In this document: positions 19,281 through 27,559 of the stretch, one piece after another | How positions within the stretch are numbered: the first letter of the stretch is position 1 | Layout of the letters: the number at the start of each line of letters is the position of its first letter | IMG/VR virus record: IMGVR_UViG_3300039239_000012 | Coordinates: 1-37,040 of that record | DNA from: a virus | Taxonomy: Duplodnaviria; Caudoviricetes | Length of the DNA stretch: 37,040 bases | Direction: 5' to 3' (one strand) | The notes under the pieces: model-generated | Seen by the model: only the letters and a program-made list of their open reading frames with translations | Databases searched by the model: none | Told to the model about the DNA's origin: nothing | Made by a program: the position numbers and the translations under genes

Positions 19281-19321
19281 CGTAGAAAGCGGCGTGCGCG
19301 CTGTGTTGGTGATGCCCGGGC

Positions 19322-20257
19322 CTACATGCCGGCCTTCCGCCTGACCTTCATCAGGAGCGAGCACACGGCCAGGAGCCCCGAGCGCTTGTGCATGTCGTTG
19401 GCGTCATCGCCCACCGTGGGCGCCATGCAGTAGGGAAGGCCTGTTTCGACGGCGGCCAGCTCACCGGGGCCGCGGGCCTCGTAGGGCTCGCCACGGTCAC
19501 GCTTGGCGCGCTCGGGCTTGGGCAGGTCGTCGTGATCGGCGAACACGTAGCGCCGGCCGGTGGTCTTCTCGGCCACATAGACCATGTTCGAATCGGAGAA
19601 GCACACCATCACGCAGGCGTTCAGGCGCATCTGGCGCACGGCCATTTCGATGGAGAGCCCCGTCGCGAAGCCCTCGCAATAGATCGTCTCCGTGGCGCGC
19701 GGCGGGCCCAGGCGCAGCACGGCGCCGCGGGCCTGCATGCCGTAGGTCATCTTCTTGACCCAGCGCATGCGGCCCGGCTCTGCCTCGGTGTCGGTCCAGC
19801 GGATGACCTGGGCCCCGCGCACCGTGTTGGTCTGCCAGTCGCGCATGGGCACCAGCAGCGCGCCGTCGGGCGCGACCAGGCCCTGTGCGTTCGGCAGGCC
19901 CTTGTAGTGCAGGTAGTTGTGCGGGCCGGCCACGGCCGTGCGCAGCATGTCGCCAGCCGTCACAGCGGCCCGGCGGTAGGCCTGCTCCTGCGCCAAGCGC
20001 TGGGCGTCCCTCTTGGCCTTCCAGGCCTGTTTCTCTTCCTCGGTCCAGGGCTTGGCGTCGGGGTCGTTGAACCACTGGGTGCGCTTCTCGCCATCCCAGG
20101 CGAACACCCAGCCGCGTTGCCCGTCCCAGTAGTACGCGCCGTTGCGGCTGCGCGGGTGCTCGGTGGTGGCGCAGCGCACCACCTTTTCGCGCGGGGTGAG
20201 GCGCGAGGGGTCGATGTCCACGCCATGGGCGCGGGCGAAGTCGATGAACGTCGTCAC
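19322..20257 (-). CDS. Primase-like Toprim-domain protein
   Basis: GTG start overlapping the helicase stop (GTGA); YLHYKGL, LLVPM, CEGFATGLSI, ADHD and GDDAND motifs. Confidence 0.85.
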   Translation of the reverse strand: MTTFIDFARAHGVDIDPSRLTPREKVVRCATTEHPRSRNGAYYWDGQRGWVFAWDGEKRTQWFNDPDAKPWTEEEKQAWKAKRDAQRLAQEQAYRRAAVTAGDMLRTAVAGPHNYLHYKGLPNAQGLVAPDGALLVPMRDWQTNTVRGAQVIRWTDTEAEPGRMRWVKKMTYGMQARGAVLRLGPPRATETIYCEGFATGLSIEMAVRQMRLNACVMVCFSDSNMVYVAEKTTGRRYVFADHDDLPKPERAKRDRGEPYEARGPGELAAVETGLPYCMAPTVGDDANDMHKRSGLLAVCSLLMKVRRKAGM

Positions 20258-21777
20258 GCGGCCTGCCTCGCTTTCGCGCGGCGGATGTTCTCGGAGGTGA
20301 TGCGGCTCTTGACGGCCGGCGTGATGTCCACCGTGGGCGCGTGGTTGAAGCTGTAGGAGAACGGCGGCCAGTTGCCGGTCCATTCCTTGAATTTCAGCTT
20401 CACGAAGCTCTCTTTGCGGCCGATCTTCGGATTGCCGTTGGCATAGGCGCACAGCTGGTTGAACAGGTGCGCCTTGTCGTCGGCCAGCTTCTTCTTGCCG
20501 ATCACGATCTCCTGCATCTCCCCGGCCTCGTGGGCGATCTCGGAAGAAGCCACGATCTCGAAGCCGCAGGACATGCAACGCTTCTTGAAGGGCTTGTGCC
20601 CGCAGGTCGGGCAGCCGGTGGTTTCGCGCTCCTCGGGCACGTCGGCGCGAACCTGCTTGTCCAGCATCTCGCCGTCGTCCAGCGTGTCCAGGCCGTAGAA
20701 GAAGATCTTCTCGAAGTCGTCGGCGAAGCGGATGATGTTGCCGCTGTGGTCCAGCAGAATGCAGTCCACCTTGCCCGTGGCGGGGCTGGAACGCAGGCCA
20801 CGGCCCCACATCTGGATCGCGGTGGACAGGCTCTTGCGCAGCGGCCTACAGTCCACCACGCAGCCCACGTCCTGCACGTCAAAGCCCTTGGCCAGGGCCT
20901 CCACGGAGATCAGCACGCGGATGGTCGAATCGGGCTTCTCGAACTCGGCGATCAGGCTGTCGCGCTCGCGCTTCTCGGTGTCCTTCGTGAAAGTGGCCGC
21001 GAAAATGCTCGCTTCGTTGAACTGCCTGCACAGCTCCTCACAGTGGGCGATGCTGGCACCGAAAACGATGGTCTTGCGGCCCTCGCCATGGCGCAGCCAC
21101 TCGGCCACCACGTCGCCGATGATCTCCATGCCACGCTCGCCCGCCTCGGTGTCCAGCCACTCGCCCTTGCTGTTCACCTTCGCCCCGGCCATGTCGGGGC
21201 GTCGGCAAGACAGCACGCGCATGGGCACAAGCACGCCCAACTGGGTGAGCTCGTTCATGGTGGTGGGGCTGATCAAGTTGCTGAAGACCTGGCCCAGGCC
21301 TTTGGAAAAGGGGGTGGCGGACAGGCCGATAACGCGGGCCTCGCTCTCCTGCGCGTACTTCACCCACACCTCGCGCTGGGTGTGGGCTTCGTCCACGATC
21401 AGAACGTCGGTCTTGGGCCAGCCGCGGCTCTCGATGGTCTGCACGCTTGCGATCTGCAGCGGGCGGCTCCAGTCCTGGCGGTAGTGGTCGCCCTGGATCA
21501 CGCCATGGTCCCGCAGCCCGTATTCGTCGGCGCGGCGGCTGGTCTGGTCGATCAGGGTGATGCGGTCGCACAGGAACGTGGCGCGCTTGCCCTGCTTGAT
21601 GGCCTTCTGCGCGATCCGGAGCCCCAGGTAGGTCTTGCCCGCGCCCGTGGGGGCCATGAGCATCTGGTTCTTGTGCCCCTCCAGCAGGCCAGCGGCAATG
21701 CCGCGCATGGCCTGCTTTTGGAACTCGCGGGGCGGCGGAAATGCGTCTGCGTCGAACTCTTCGAACAATGCGCTCAC
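20254..21777 (-). CDS. Superfamily II (DEAH) helicase with C-terminal Zn ribbon
   Basis: APTGAGKT, DEAH, GLSATP, QMWGRGLR, CPTC...CMSC. Confidence 0.95.
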   Translation of the reverse strand: MSALFEEFDADAFPPPREFQKQAMRGIAAGLLEGHKNQMLMAPTGAGKTYLGLRIAQKAIKQGKRATFLCDRITLIDQTSRRADEYGLRDHGVIQGDHYRQDWSRPLQIASVQTIESRGWPKTDVLIVDEAHTQREVWVKYAQESEARVIGLSATPFSKGLGQVFSNLISPTTMNELTQLGVLVPMRVLSCRRPDMAGAKVNSKGEWLDTEAGERGMEIIGDVVAEWLRHGEGRKTIVFGASIAHCEELCRQFNEASIFAATFTKDTEKRERDSLIAEFEKPDSTIRVLISVEALAKGFDVQDVGCVVDCRPLRKSLSTAIQMWGRGLRSSPATGKVDCILLDHSGNIIRFADDFEKIFFYGLDTLDDGEMLDKQVRADVPEERETTGCPTCGHKPFKKRCMSCGFEIVASSEIAHEAGEMQEIVIGKKKLADDKAHLFNQLCAYANGNPKIGRKESFVKLKFKEWTGNWPPFSYSFNHAPTVDITPAVKSRITSENIRRAKARQAA

Positions 21778-22733
21778 GATGTAACTCCTGCCTTGCGTTT
21801 CCAGCTGCTGACCTGGCGCTTCAGCTCGGCTACCTCGGTCATCAGGCTGTTGATGCGCGCCTGCAGGCCCTGGGCCAGCGTGCGCTGTTCGGTGGCCACC
21901 TTCACCGCCTCTTTCAGCGGGTCGGACTGCTCCACGATGCGGACGTAGTGGTCGAGGTCCTGCTGGGTGTCGCGCAGCTGCTCCCGGAGCGCGGCGGTCT
22001 CCTCCACCAGGCCGGCAACACGCTGCTGATCCTCGGCAGGCTCCTCCTGCACAGCGGGCGGGCGTGGGGCGGGGGATGGTGCGCGCGGCGCGGGCACCAG
22101 GGAAGGCAAGGGGTCGATGCCCCGGCTGTCGGTCATGTCCAGGGCGGTGCCGGGCTCGTCCGCTGCCGGCGGCGCGACGGGCGGTGAGCCGGCCCGGGCT
22201 GGCTCGGCGGCTGATGCGGAGGCGCGGCCGATGTTGGCCGTGTTCATCACCGCCTCGGTTCCGTGCCGCGTGGTGTAGGTGCGCTCGGCAGGTTTCTCAC
22301 TATCCAAATTGGATAGTGAGCGCCGGACGGTGCCCACCGTCGTCGGTGAGACGCCGCAGTGCTTCGCGATCTGGTTGTCGCTCCAGGCGCTCGAAACAGG
22401 GTGCTGCAGCGCCCCCTCCACCGCACGCCGCTTGTCTGCGTTGGTGCGGCGCAGGCCGTGGTTTCCATTGGCGCCATAGCTGTAGAGCTGGGCCTCCTCG
22501 CGAGTGCCTGGCGTGATGTCCTCATAGATCGAGGTCAGGCCGGCGGCCCGGGCGCCGTGGAAGCGGTGAAAGCCATCGGCCAGCCACCGGTGCACACCGT
22601 CGAAGAAAACCTTCACGGGCGGGAACTGCGCACCAGCCTTGAAGGCCTCGGCGTACTCGGCCACGACGGCTTCGTCGATCTTTTCGCGCGACTGTGTGTC
22701 GCCGTCTATGCGGATCAGGTCGAGGTCAAGCAT
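21774..22733 (-). CDS. ParB-like N-terminal domain protein with HTH and coiled coil
   Basis: FPPVKV...LADGFHR motif; SDNQIAKHCGVSPTTVGTVRR HTH. Confidence 0.8.
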   Translation of the reverse strand: MLDLDLIRIDGDTQSREKIDEAVVAEYAEAFKAGAQFPPVKVFFDGVHRWLADGFHRFHGARAAGLTSIYEDITPGTREEAQLYSYGANGNHGLRRTNADKRRAVEGALQHPVSSAWSDNQIAKHCGVSPTTVGTVRRSLSNLDSEKPAERTYTTRHGTEAVMNTANIGRASASAAEPARAGSPPVAPPAADEPGTALDMTDSRGIDPLPSLVPAPRAPSPAPRPPAVQEEPAEDQQRVAGLVEETAALREQLRDTQQDLDHYVRIVEQSDPLKEAVKVATEQRTLAQGLQARINSLMTEVAELKRQVSSWKRKAGVTS

Positions 22734-23086
22734 CAGAAAGGGACTCGGGGATCGTTGGGCACCCAGACCACTTCAAAGCGGCCGACCGTGCCAGGCACAC
22801 GGCGGCGGGCCTGGGCGGCCAGGAGGGAGAGCGCGACCGGCGAAAGGCGGTGCGTGGTGGCATCGCTGCCGAAGTTGCCGAAGTTGAAACCGCGGCCATC
22901 GGCCACTGCATCCAGCATTCCGGTCAGGGCGTATGCGTAGCGTTCTTGGATAGGCTTGAAGCGCTGCAGGGTCACAGCCGGCGGGCGGTTGTCGGCGCTG
23001 TAGAGCAACGTTGTTTCCCACACGCCAGCATCCATGTCGGTTACAGGGCTGAGTGCCACAGCGGTACGGGTTGCGGGCGCGCTCAT
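22733..23086 (-). CDS. Hypothetical protein
   Basis: ATGA-coupled start MSAPATRTA; stop overlaps the next start. Confidence 0.6.
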   Translation of the reverse strand: MSAPATRTAVALSPVTDMDAGVWETTLLYSADNRPPAVTLQRFKPIQERYAYALTGMLDAVADGRGFNFGNFGSDATTHRLSPVALSLLAAQARRRVPGTVGRFEVVWVPNDPRVPF

Positions 23087-23280
23087 TCCGGGGTGCCCTC
23101 GAACTCGCGGCGCCACTGGGCCGTGCTAAGTTCGTCGCGCAGCACCGCCACATGGCGCTCAGCCGCAGCGAGTTCCTCCTGCAGTTGCTCGACGGACTTT
23201 GGCAGCACCGCCGCGGGCACCATGACCGGGAGGTAGGCGCCGGGCGTGGACGCGCTGATGACCTTGGGCGCGCGGATCAC
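23083..23280 (-). CDS. Small coiled-coil hypothetical protein
   Basis: ATGA overlaps at both ends. Confidence 0.6.
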   Translation of the reverse strand: MIRAPKVISASTPGAYLPVMVPAAVLPKSVEQLQEELAAAERHVAVLRDELSTAQWRREFEGTPE

Positions 23281-23870
23281 GCTGGCTCCTTGAAGGTCTC
23301 GCGGGTCTCCATGCGCACGCCGTCGGCCATCACCGTGGTGGTGACGCGCTCGGCAAGCACGGGCTCATCGCGCATGTGGCGCACGGGCAAGACCAGGCGC
23401 TCCGCCGCGGGCTTGCCCGCTGCGTTGACGGCGCGCGCGGCCTGGCGCAGCTTGCGCAAAGCCTCTTCGGCCTCGGCGATCTCGCGCTCGATGGTGTGCA
23501 GTTCGTTGTCGCTGATCACGCCATCGGACAACGCATCAATGAACGTGGCGGTGACATCGCCCGCCTCGCGCGCCAGGGTGGAGACGCGCTGCATAGGCGT
23601 GGTCTTGCACTCGGGGGCGGCTTCCAGCAATCGGAATTCGCCCCCGCACTCCTGGGCCACATGTGCGGCGTAGTCGTAGGCATGGGGCACGCCGGCTTCA
23701 ATGCACAGCCGCGCGATGGCCAATGCATCGGCGGCACCCAGCTTGTGGGTGCTTGCCCCGGACAGTTGCTTGCGAACGAATTCATCGTTCCAGCCATTGC
23801 GCAGGGAGATGACGGCACGGCCGCCTGGGAAGTGATCGACTGCGCGGCGCAGGGCGTCAAAGAGGCTCAT
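23277..23870 (-). CDS. Phage regulatory CII-family protein
   Basis: Start MSLFDALRR; EAGDV...ALSDGVISDNELHTIEREI motif; downstream of cro. Confidence 0.75.
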   Translation of the reverse strand: MSLFDALRRAVDHFPGGRAVISLRNGWNDEFVRKQLSGASTHKLGAADALAIARLCIEAGVPHAYDYAAHVAQECGGEFRLLEAAPECKTTPMQRVSTLAREAGDVTATFIDALSDGVISDNELHTIEREIAEAEEALRKLRQAARAVNAAGKPAAERLVLPVRHMRDEPVLAERVTTTVMADGVRMETRETFKEPA

Positions 23871-24181
23871 GACCGGTTCTCCGAAATCTGGACGTGGACG
23901 GAATGGGAAGGGGCCGCGAACATCGAGCCCATGAACACACACAACACCCCTGCCCCTGGCCTGCTGCACGAGTCCTCGCGCACCAGCGTTTCAACGAACT
24001 TCGACGTGACGGCCGGCGCGCACCGGCGCACGTTCAACACGTCACATATGGCAATCCGGCGGGTGGGGGATGAAATCGAGGTGCGCTTCGGCATGCGCAC
24101 CACCGAGGTAAACGAGACGCGGCTCGCTGCACAGCGGGCGCGGAACATCGACGCAATGCGCAGGCGGCTGTGACCGGTCAT
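23867..24181 (-). CDS. Possible bridge ORF between cro and cII
   Basis: ATG immediately after the cro TAG and ATGA overlap with cII; composition looks like a shadow frame. Confidence 0.3.
   Translation of the reverse strand: MTGHSRLRIASMFRARCAASRVSFTSVVRMPKRTSISSPTRRIAICDVLNVRRCAPAVTSKFVETLVREDSCSRPGAGVLCVFMGSMFAAPSHSVHVQISENRS
23931..24173 (+). CDS. Small antisense-oriented hypothetical protein (80 aa)
   Basis: MNTHNTPAPG...; mostly G/C third codon positions. Confidence 0.45.
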   Translation: MNTHNTPAPGLLHESSRTSVSTNFDVTAGAHRRTFNTSHMAIRRVGDEIEVRFGMRTTEVNETRLAAQRARNIDAMRRRL

Positions 24182-24385
24182 CTAGGCGCCCACCTCGACG
24201 GTCGCGCGCTGCCGGCCGTGGAGCTCCACAAGCGCGCGGTAGTTGCGGGACAGGATGTCTTTACTCTCGCCCCGTTCGATCTTGCTGATGGTGGATTGCG
24301 GGATGCCCGTCTGATCCTCAATCTGCTTTTGGGTCAGGCCGGTGGCTTTGATGGCGAGGACCAACTCGCGAGGCTCAAGAAGCAT
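24182..24385 (-). CDS. cro: Cro-like XRE HTH regulator
   Basis: GLTQKQIEDQTGIPQSTISKIERG; divergent from cI. Confidence 0.9.
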   Translation of the reverse strand: MLLEPRELVLAIKATGLTQKQIEDQTGIPQSTISKIERGESKDILSRNYRALVELHGRQRATVEVGA

Positions 24386-24390
24386 AGAAA

Positions 24391-24443
24391 TATTCCTTTG
24401 CGCTCATTCTGCCATGTCGCACAAGAATATTCAATTCCGATTT
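24391..24443. promoter_or_regulatory. OR-like operators (degenerate TATTC-N6-GAATA, three sites)
   Basis: Half-sites TATTC 24391, GAATA 24425, TATTC 24428; TATTCCTTTGCGCT recurs as TATTCATTTGCGCT at 25176. Confidence 0.6.
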
Positions 24444-24444
24444 A

Positions 24445-25125
24445 ATGACCTTCATGAAAACTCTTGCCGAACGCCTTCGCCACGCCCGCAAGGAACGGGG
24501 AATGACCCAGGCCGAACTCGCCACTGAGGCAGACGTTCGGCAGAGCGACATTTCCAAACTGGAACGAGGCGATTCCCTGAAGACCAGCAACCTGGTTCGG
24601 CTCGCTCGCGCCCTGTCCGTCAGTCCCGAATGGCTAGACACTGGGGCCGGGTCAATGCTTCCCGGGCCTGGCTCGAACGTGGCTTCGGCGCCTGCGCTGA
24701 TCCCCGCGCGCTTGATCCCTGTGGTGGGCCACGTGAAAGCCGGGCCTGATGGCTACCTCGAAGAGATGGAATTTCCAGTCGGGCACGGCGAGGGGTTCGT
24801 ACAGTACTGGACGAAGGACCCCGAGGCCTACGCCCTTCGGATCAGGGGCGATTCAATGCATCCGCGCTACAGGGCCGGCGAGTACATCGTGGTCACCCCG
24901 TCGGTCGAGGCCCAGCAGGGCAATGACGTGGTGGTGCGCCTGCACGACGGCCGGAAGTTGCTCAAGATGCTGAACTGGCGCCGCGCCGAAGAGATGCAGC
25001 TCATGTCGGTGAACGATGGGTATGCCCCCATGACCCTGGAGGTGGTGACCGTGGACACGGTTCACCGGGTGGCGGGCGGGGTTCCATCAGATGCATTCAT
25101 GGAGGCCGCGCCAGCTCCACATTGA
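24445..25125 (+). CDS. cI: CI-like repressor (XRE HTH plus S24 autopeptidase)
   Basis: HTH, AG cleavage motif (VKAG), GDSMHP catalytic Ser and LLK Lys; start at 24445 or 24454. Confidence 0.95.
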   Translation: MTFMKTLAERLRHARKERGMTQAELATEADVRQSDISKLERGDSLKTSNLVRLARALSVSPEWLDTGAGSMLPGPGSNVASAPALIPARLIPVVGHVKAGPDGYLEEMEFPVGHGEGFVQYWTKDPEAYALRIRGDSMHPRYRAGEYIVVTPSVEAQQGNDVVVRLHDGRKLLKMLNWRRAEEMQLMSVNDGYAPMTLEVVTVDTVHRVAGGVPSDAFMEAAPAPH

Positions 25126-25155
25126 TGCCTTTCCGCCACTACGTATCTACGTAAG

Positions 25156-25217
25156 TATTCGGGAAAGACTCTTTTTATTCATTTGCGCTTGTAGACACTT
25201 ATTCTTTGTTGAATAAT
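25156..25217 (+). promoter_or_regulatory. OL/PL-like operators and promoter
   Basis: TATTC at 25156, 25176, 25200 (perfect TATTC-TTTGTT-GAATA at 25200-25215); TTGTAG-N17-AATAAT. Confidence 0.65.
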
Positions 25218-25252
25218 TCATTCCATGCCCACCCCGGGCCATGGAGTGAAAA

Positions 25253-25819
25253 ATGTCGAAGTCGATTTCCTGCGCTGACACTGCCAAGCTGATCCGCCAA
25301 GCCCTGAAGGAAGCCTTCAAGGGCGTGAAGTTCTCGGTTCGTTCGAGCACCTACTCGGGCGGCGCCTCCATCTACGTGGGCTGGACCGACGGCCCGAACG
25401 TGGCCCAGGTCGAGGCCGTGTCCAAGACCTTCAGCGGTGCCTACTTCGACGGCATGCAGGACCTGAAGGGCAGCACCTATGCCTTGATGGATGGCGAGGT
25501 GGTCCGCTTCGGCGCCGACTTCGTTTTCTCCAACCGCACCCACTCCCCCGCCCTGGTGGCCAAGGCCTGTGCCTCCGTGGCCCGCATGTACGGCCTGGCC
25601 GAAGTGCCCAGCGCCGCGGACTTCCTGCAGGGCCGCCTGCACGGCGTGCGTCTCAATGACGGCTGGGGCTACGACCTGGCCCAGCTGGTGCACCAGAACC
25701 TGGCCAAGCGCAGCGACCGCCTGGCCGTGGCCAAGTCCAAGACCGCCGCCCGCGTCATCTACCTGGGCAACGATGGCCACAGCGACAAGGGCGCCCTGCA
25801 GGCCGAGGTGGCCGCGTGA
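25253..25819 (+). CDS. LPD29-domain protein
   Basis: TAKLIRQALKEAFKGVKFSVRS..YSGGASI.V.WTDGP and FDGMQD motifs; GGAG SD. Confidence 0.8.
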   Translation: MSKSISCADTAKLIRQALKEAFKGVKFSVRSSTYSGGASIYVGWTDGPNVAQVEAVSKTFSGAYFDGMQDLKGSTYALMDGEVVRFGADFVFSNRTHSPALVAKACASVARMYGLAEVPSAADFLQGRLHGVRLNDGWGYDLAQLVHQNLAKRSDRLAVAKSKTAARVIYLGNDGHSDKGALQAEVAA

Positions 25820-26043
25820 TGGCCGCCGCGGTTCAGGTCATCTTCGACCAGGCGTTCCGCCCCGGGCGCGAGCCCCGCAGCGATGCCTACAAAGCAGGCG
25901 TGCTGGCCGCACTGCGCAGCCGCCTGGAGGGCATTCCCTTCCCTGCCCAGTATCGCGCTGGCAGCTCTGATCGCGACGCATACCTCGCAGGCGCCGACGA
26001 AGGCCGCGCCCTCGCTGCAGCTTCGAAGGAAGCCCGGGCATGA
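25816..26043 (+). CDS. Hypothetical protein
   Basis: Coupled at both ends; PRSDAYKAG...DAYLAG. Confidence 0.65.
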   Translation: MMAAAVQVIFDQAFRPGREPRSDAYKAGVLAALRSRLEGIPFPAQYRAGSSDRDAYLAGADEGRALAAASKEARA

Positions 26044-26369
26044 GCGCGATCACCTCGATCATCGAGGCCACCAAGGCCCGCACTGCGAGCCAGGATGCAG
26101 CCCAGCTGGCCCAGGCTGCGCGCCGCGCCATGGGCGCCCTGCAGTGGGACATGGCTGCGGCGCTCTACACCCAGGCCGCCGACGCACTGCCGCTGAATCC
26201 GCACACCAGCAGCGAGACCATCACCGCGCAAGCTCACCGGCGCTCGGCCCGGCACTGCACGGCCATGGCCGGCACGCAGGTGCCACCGCAACTGATCAAA
26301 GACGCGCCGGACTACCGCCGCCTGCAGCGCGAGGCCATCTCCCAGCACGAACGGGAGTGCGCACGATGA
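26040..26369 (+). CDS. Hypothetical helical protein
   Basis: ATGA overlaps at both ends. Confidence 0.6.
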   Translation: MSAITSIIEATKARTASQDAAQLAQAARRAMGALQWDMAAALYTQAADALPLNPHTSSETITAQAHRRSARHCTAMAGTQVPPQLIKDAPDYRRLQREAISQHERECAR

Positions 26370-26467
26370 AAGCCCTTCGCACCCTGCGCGCGCTGGCCAT
26401 CGACGCCGCCCTCTTCCTGCTGTTCCTGATCGCGCTGGCCCTCGCTTGGGCCTGGCGGGAGGCGTGA
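26366..26467 (+). CDS. 33-aa single-TM peptide
   Basis: MKALRTLRALAIDAALFLLFLIALALAWAWREA; GGAG SD and ATGA overlap. Confidence 0.6.
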   Translation: MKALRTLRALAIDAALFLLFLIALALAWAWREA

Positions 26468-26559
26468 TGCGGTTCCTGTACGCCTTCCTCGCGTGGTTCG
26501 TCTCGGCCGTCGTCGGCACGGTGCTGCTGATGGTGTGGATCGACGCGCTGCCCCCCTGA
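26467..26559 (+). CDS. 30-aa single-TM peptide
   Basis: MRFLYAFLAWFVSAVVGTVLLMVWIDALPP; GGAGG SD and TGATG overlap. Confidence 0.6.
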   Translation: MRFLYAFLAWFVSAVVGTVLLMVWIDALPP

Positions 26560-26623
26560 GCGCCATTTCCCAAGGCCACGCCGACGGGCCCTTTCGTCGG
26601 CATCCAACTATCTGGAGTTTTTC

Positions 26624-27271
26624 ATGAACGCTGTTTCCCAAACCGAAGGCACCGCCATCACCGCCGCTGCAGCCGCGAAGCTGAGCGAATACGACTTCGT
26701 GATCGTGCTCGATGCCTCGGGCAGCATGGGCGAGCCCAACAAGGCCAGCAACCCCACGGGCCCGACCCGCTGGGCCGCCGCGCAGGAGTCCATCCTGAGC
26801 CTGGCCCGCGAGATCGGCAAGATCGACGCCGACGGCATCGACGTGGTGGTTTTCAACGGTGCCGGCGTGAAGTCCTTCACCGGCGTGACGGCCGACAAGG
26901 TGAAGGAAGTCTTCGCCAACAGCCGCACGACCAGCACCACACCGCTGGATGCCGCCCTGGTCGAGGCGCTGAAGCTGGCCGGCAAGTCCGACAAGAAGGA
27001 CTTCGTGATCGTGCTGACCGACGGCGTGCCCGACGACCGCGCGGCCGCGGCAAAGGTCCTGGTCGATGCGTCTAACTCGCTGAGCGCGGATAACGAGCTC
27101 ACCTTCCTGTTCATCCAGGTGGGCGACGAGCCGAGCGCCACCCAGTACCTGCAGGGCCTCGATGACAACCTGACCGGCGCGAAGTTCGACATCGTGGACG
27201 TGAAGACCGTCGCCGAGGTGGACCAGTTCCCCACGGTCACGGATCTGATCCTGGCCGCTATCGACGGCTGA
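26624..27271 (+). CDS. Stand-alone von Willebrand factor A domain protein
   Basis: MIDAS motif DASGS...TPL...LTDG; GGAG SD; strong codon bias. Confidence 0.9.
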   Translation: MNAVSQTEGTAITAAAAAKLSEYDFVIVLDASGSMGEPNKASNPTGPTRWAAAQESILSLAREIGKIDADGIDVVVFNGAGVKSFTGVTADKVKEVFANSRTTSTTPLDAALVEALKLAGKSDKKDFVIVLTDGVPDDRAAAAKVLVDASNSLSADNELTFLFIQVGDEPSATQYLQGLDDNLTGAKFDIVDVKTVAEVDQFPTVTDLILAAIDG

Positions 27272-27319
27272 TCTTCAACCCCTCACGCCTGGCCCTCCGG
27301 GGCCGGGTAGGAGCCCCGA

Positions 27320-27448
27320 ATGATCGACCTCATCTTGCTGGTGTTCGTGATCGCCGTTTTCTGCGCAGGCTTCTGGGCCGGCGGGAAGTTCGGCACGGCT
27401 ACGAAGGCATGGGAAGCCATCACCGAATGGTTTCGCGAAGCGCCCTGA
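27320..27448 (+). CDS. 42-aa membrane peptide
   Basis: MIDLILLVFVIAVFCAGFWAGGKFGTATKAWEAITEWFREAP; AGGAG SD. Confidence 0.65.
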   Translation: MIDLILLVFVIAVFCAGFWAGGKFGTATKAWEAITEWFREAP

Positions 27449-27452
27449 TGTG

Positions 27453-27484
27453 AGCAGCGGGGGCCGCTTGCCCCTGCTGCTTTC
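27453..27484 (+). terminator. Stem-loop/possible intrinsic terminator
   Basis: 12-bp stem AGCAGCGGGGGC/GCCCCTGCTGCT (one G-U pair), short T tract. Confidence 0.5.
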
Positions 27485-27559
27485 CTACCACAACGGATCC
27501 GGCTTGTCCTGTTGCCGAGTCCACAAGACATCGACCGCCCCTTTCGCCACACTGAACCC

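Noticed and set aside
1959-21948. Many long plus-strand ORFs (e.g. 1959-3905, 5542-7038, 8301-9974, 14668-16320, 20341-21948)
   Set aside because: Shadow frames of well-supported minus-strand genes in GC-rich DNA; no motifs and no coupling to neighbours
23869-24181. Invertible segment bounded by ATGACCGGT inverted repeats
   Set aside because: Only 9 bp, largely a self-palindromic core; no invertase in the window
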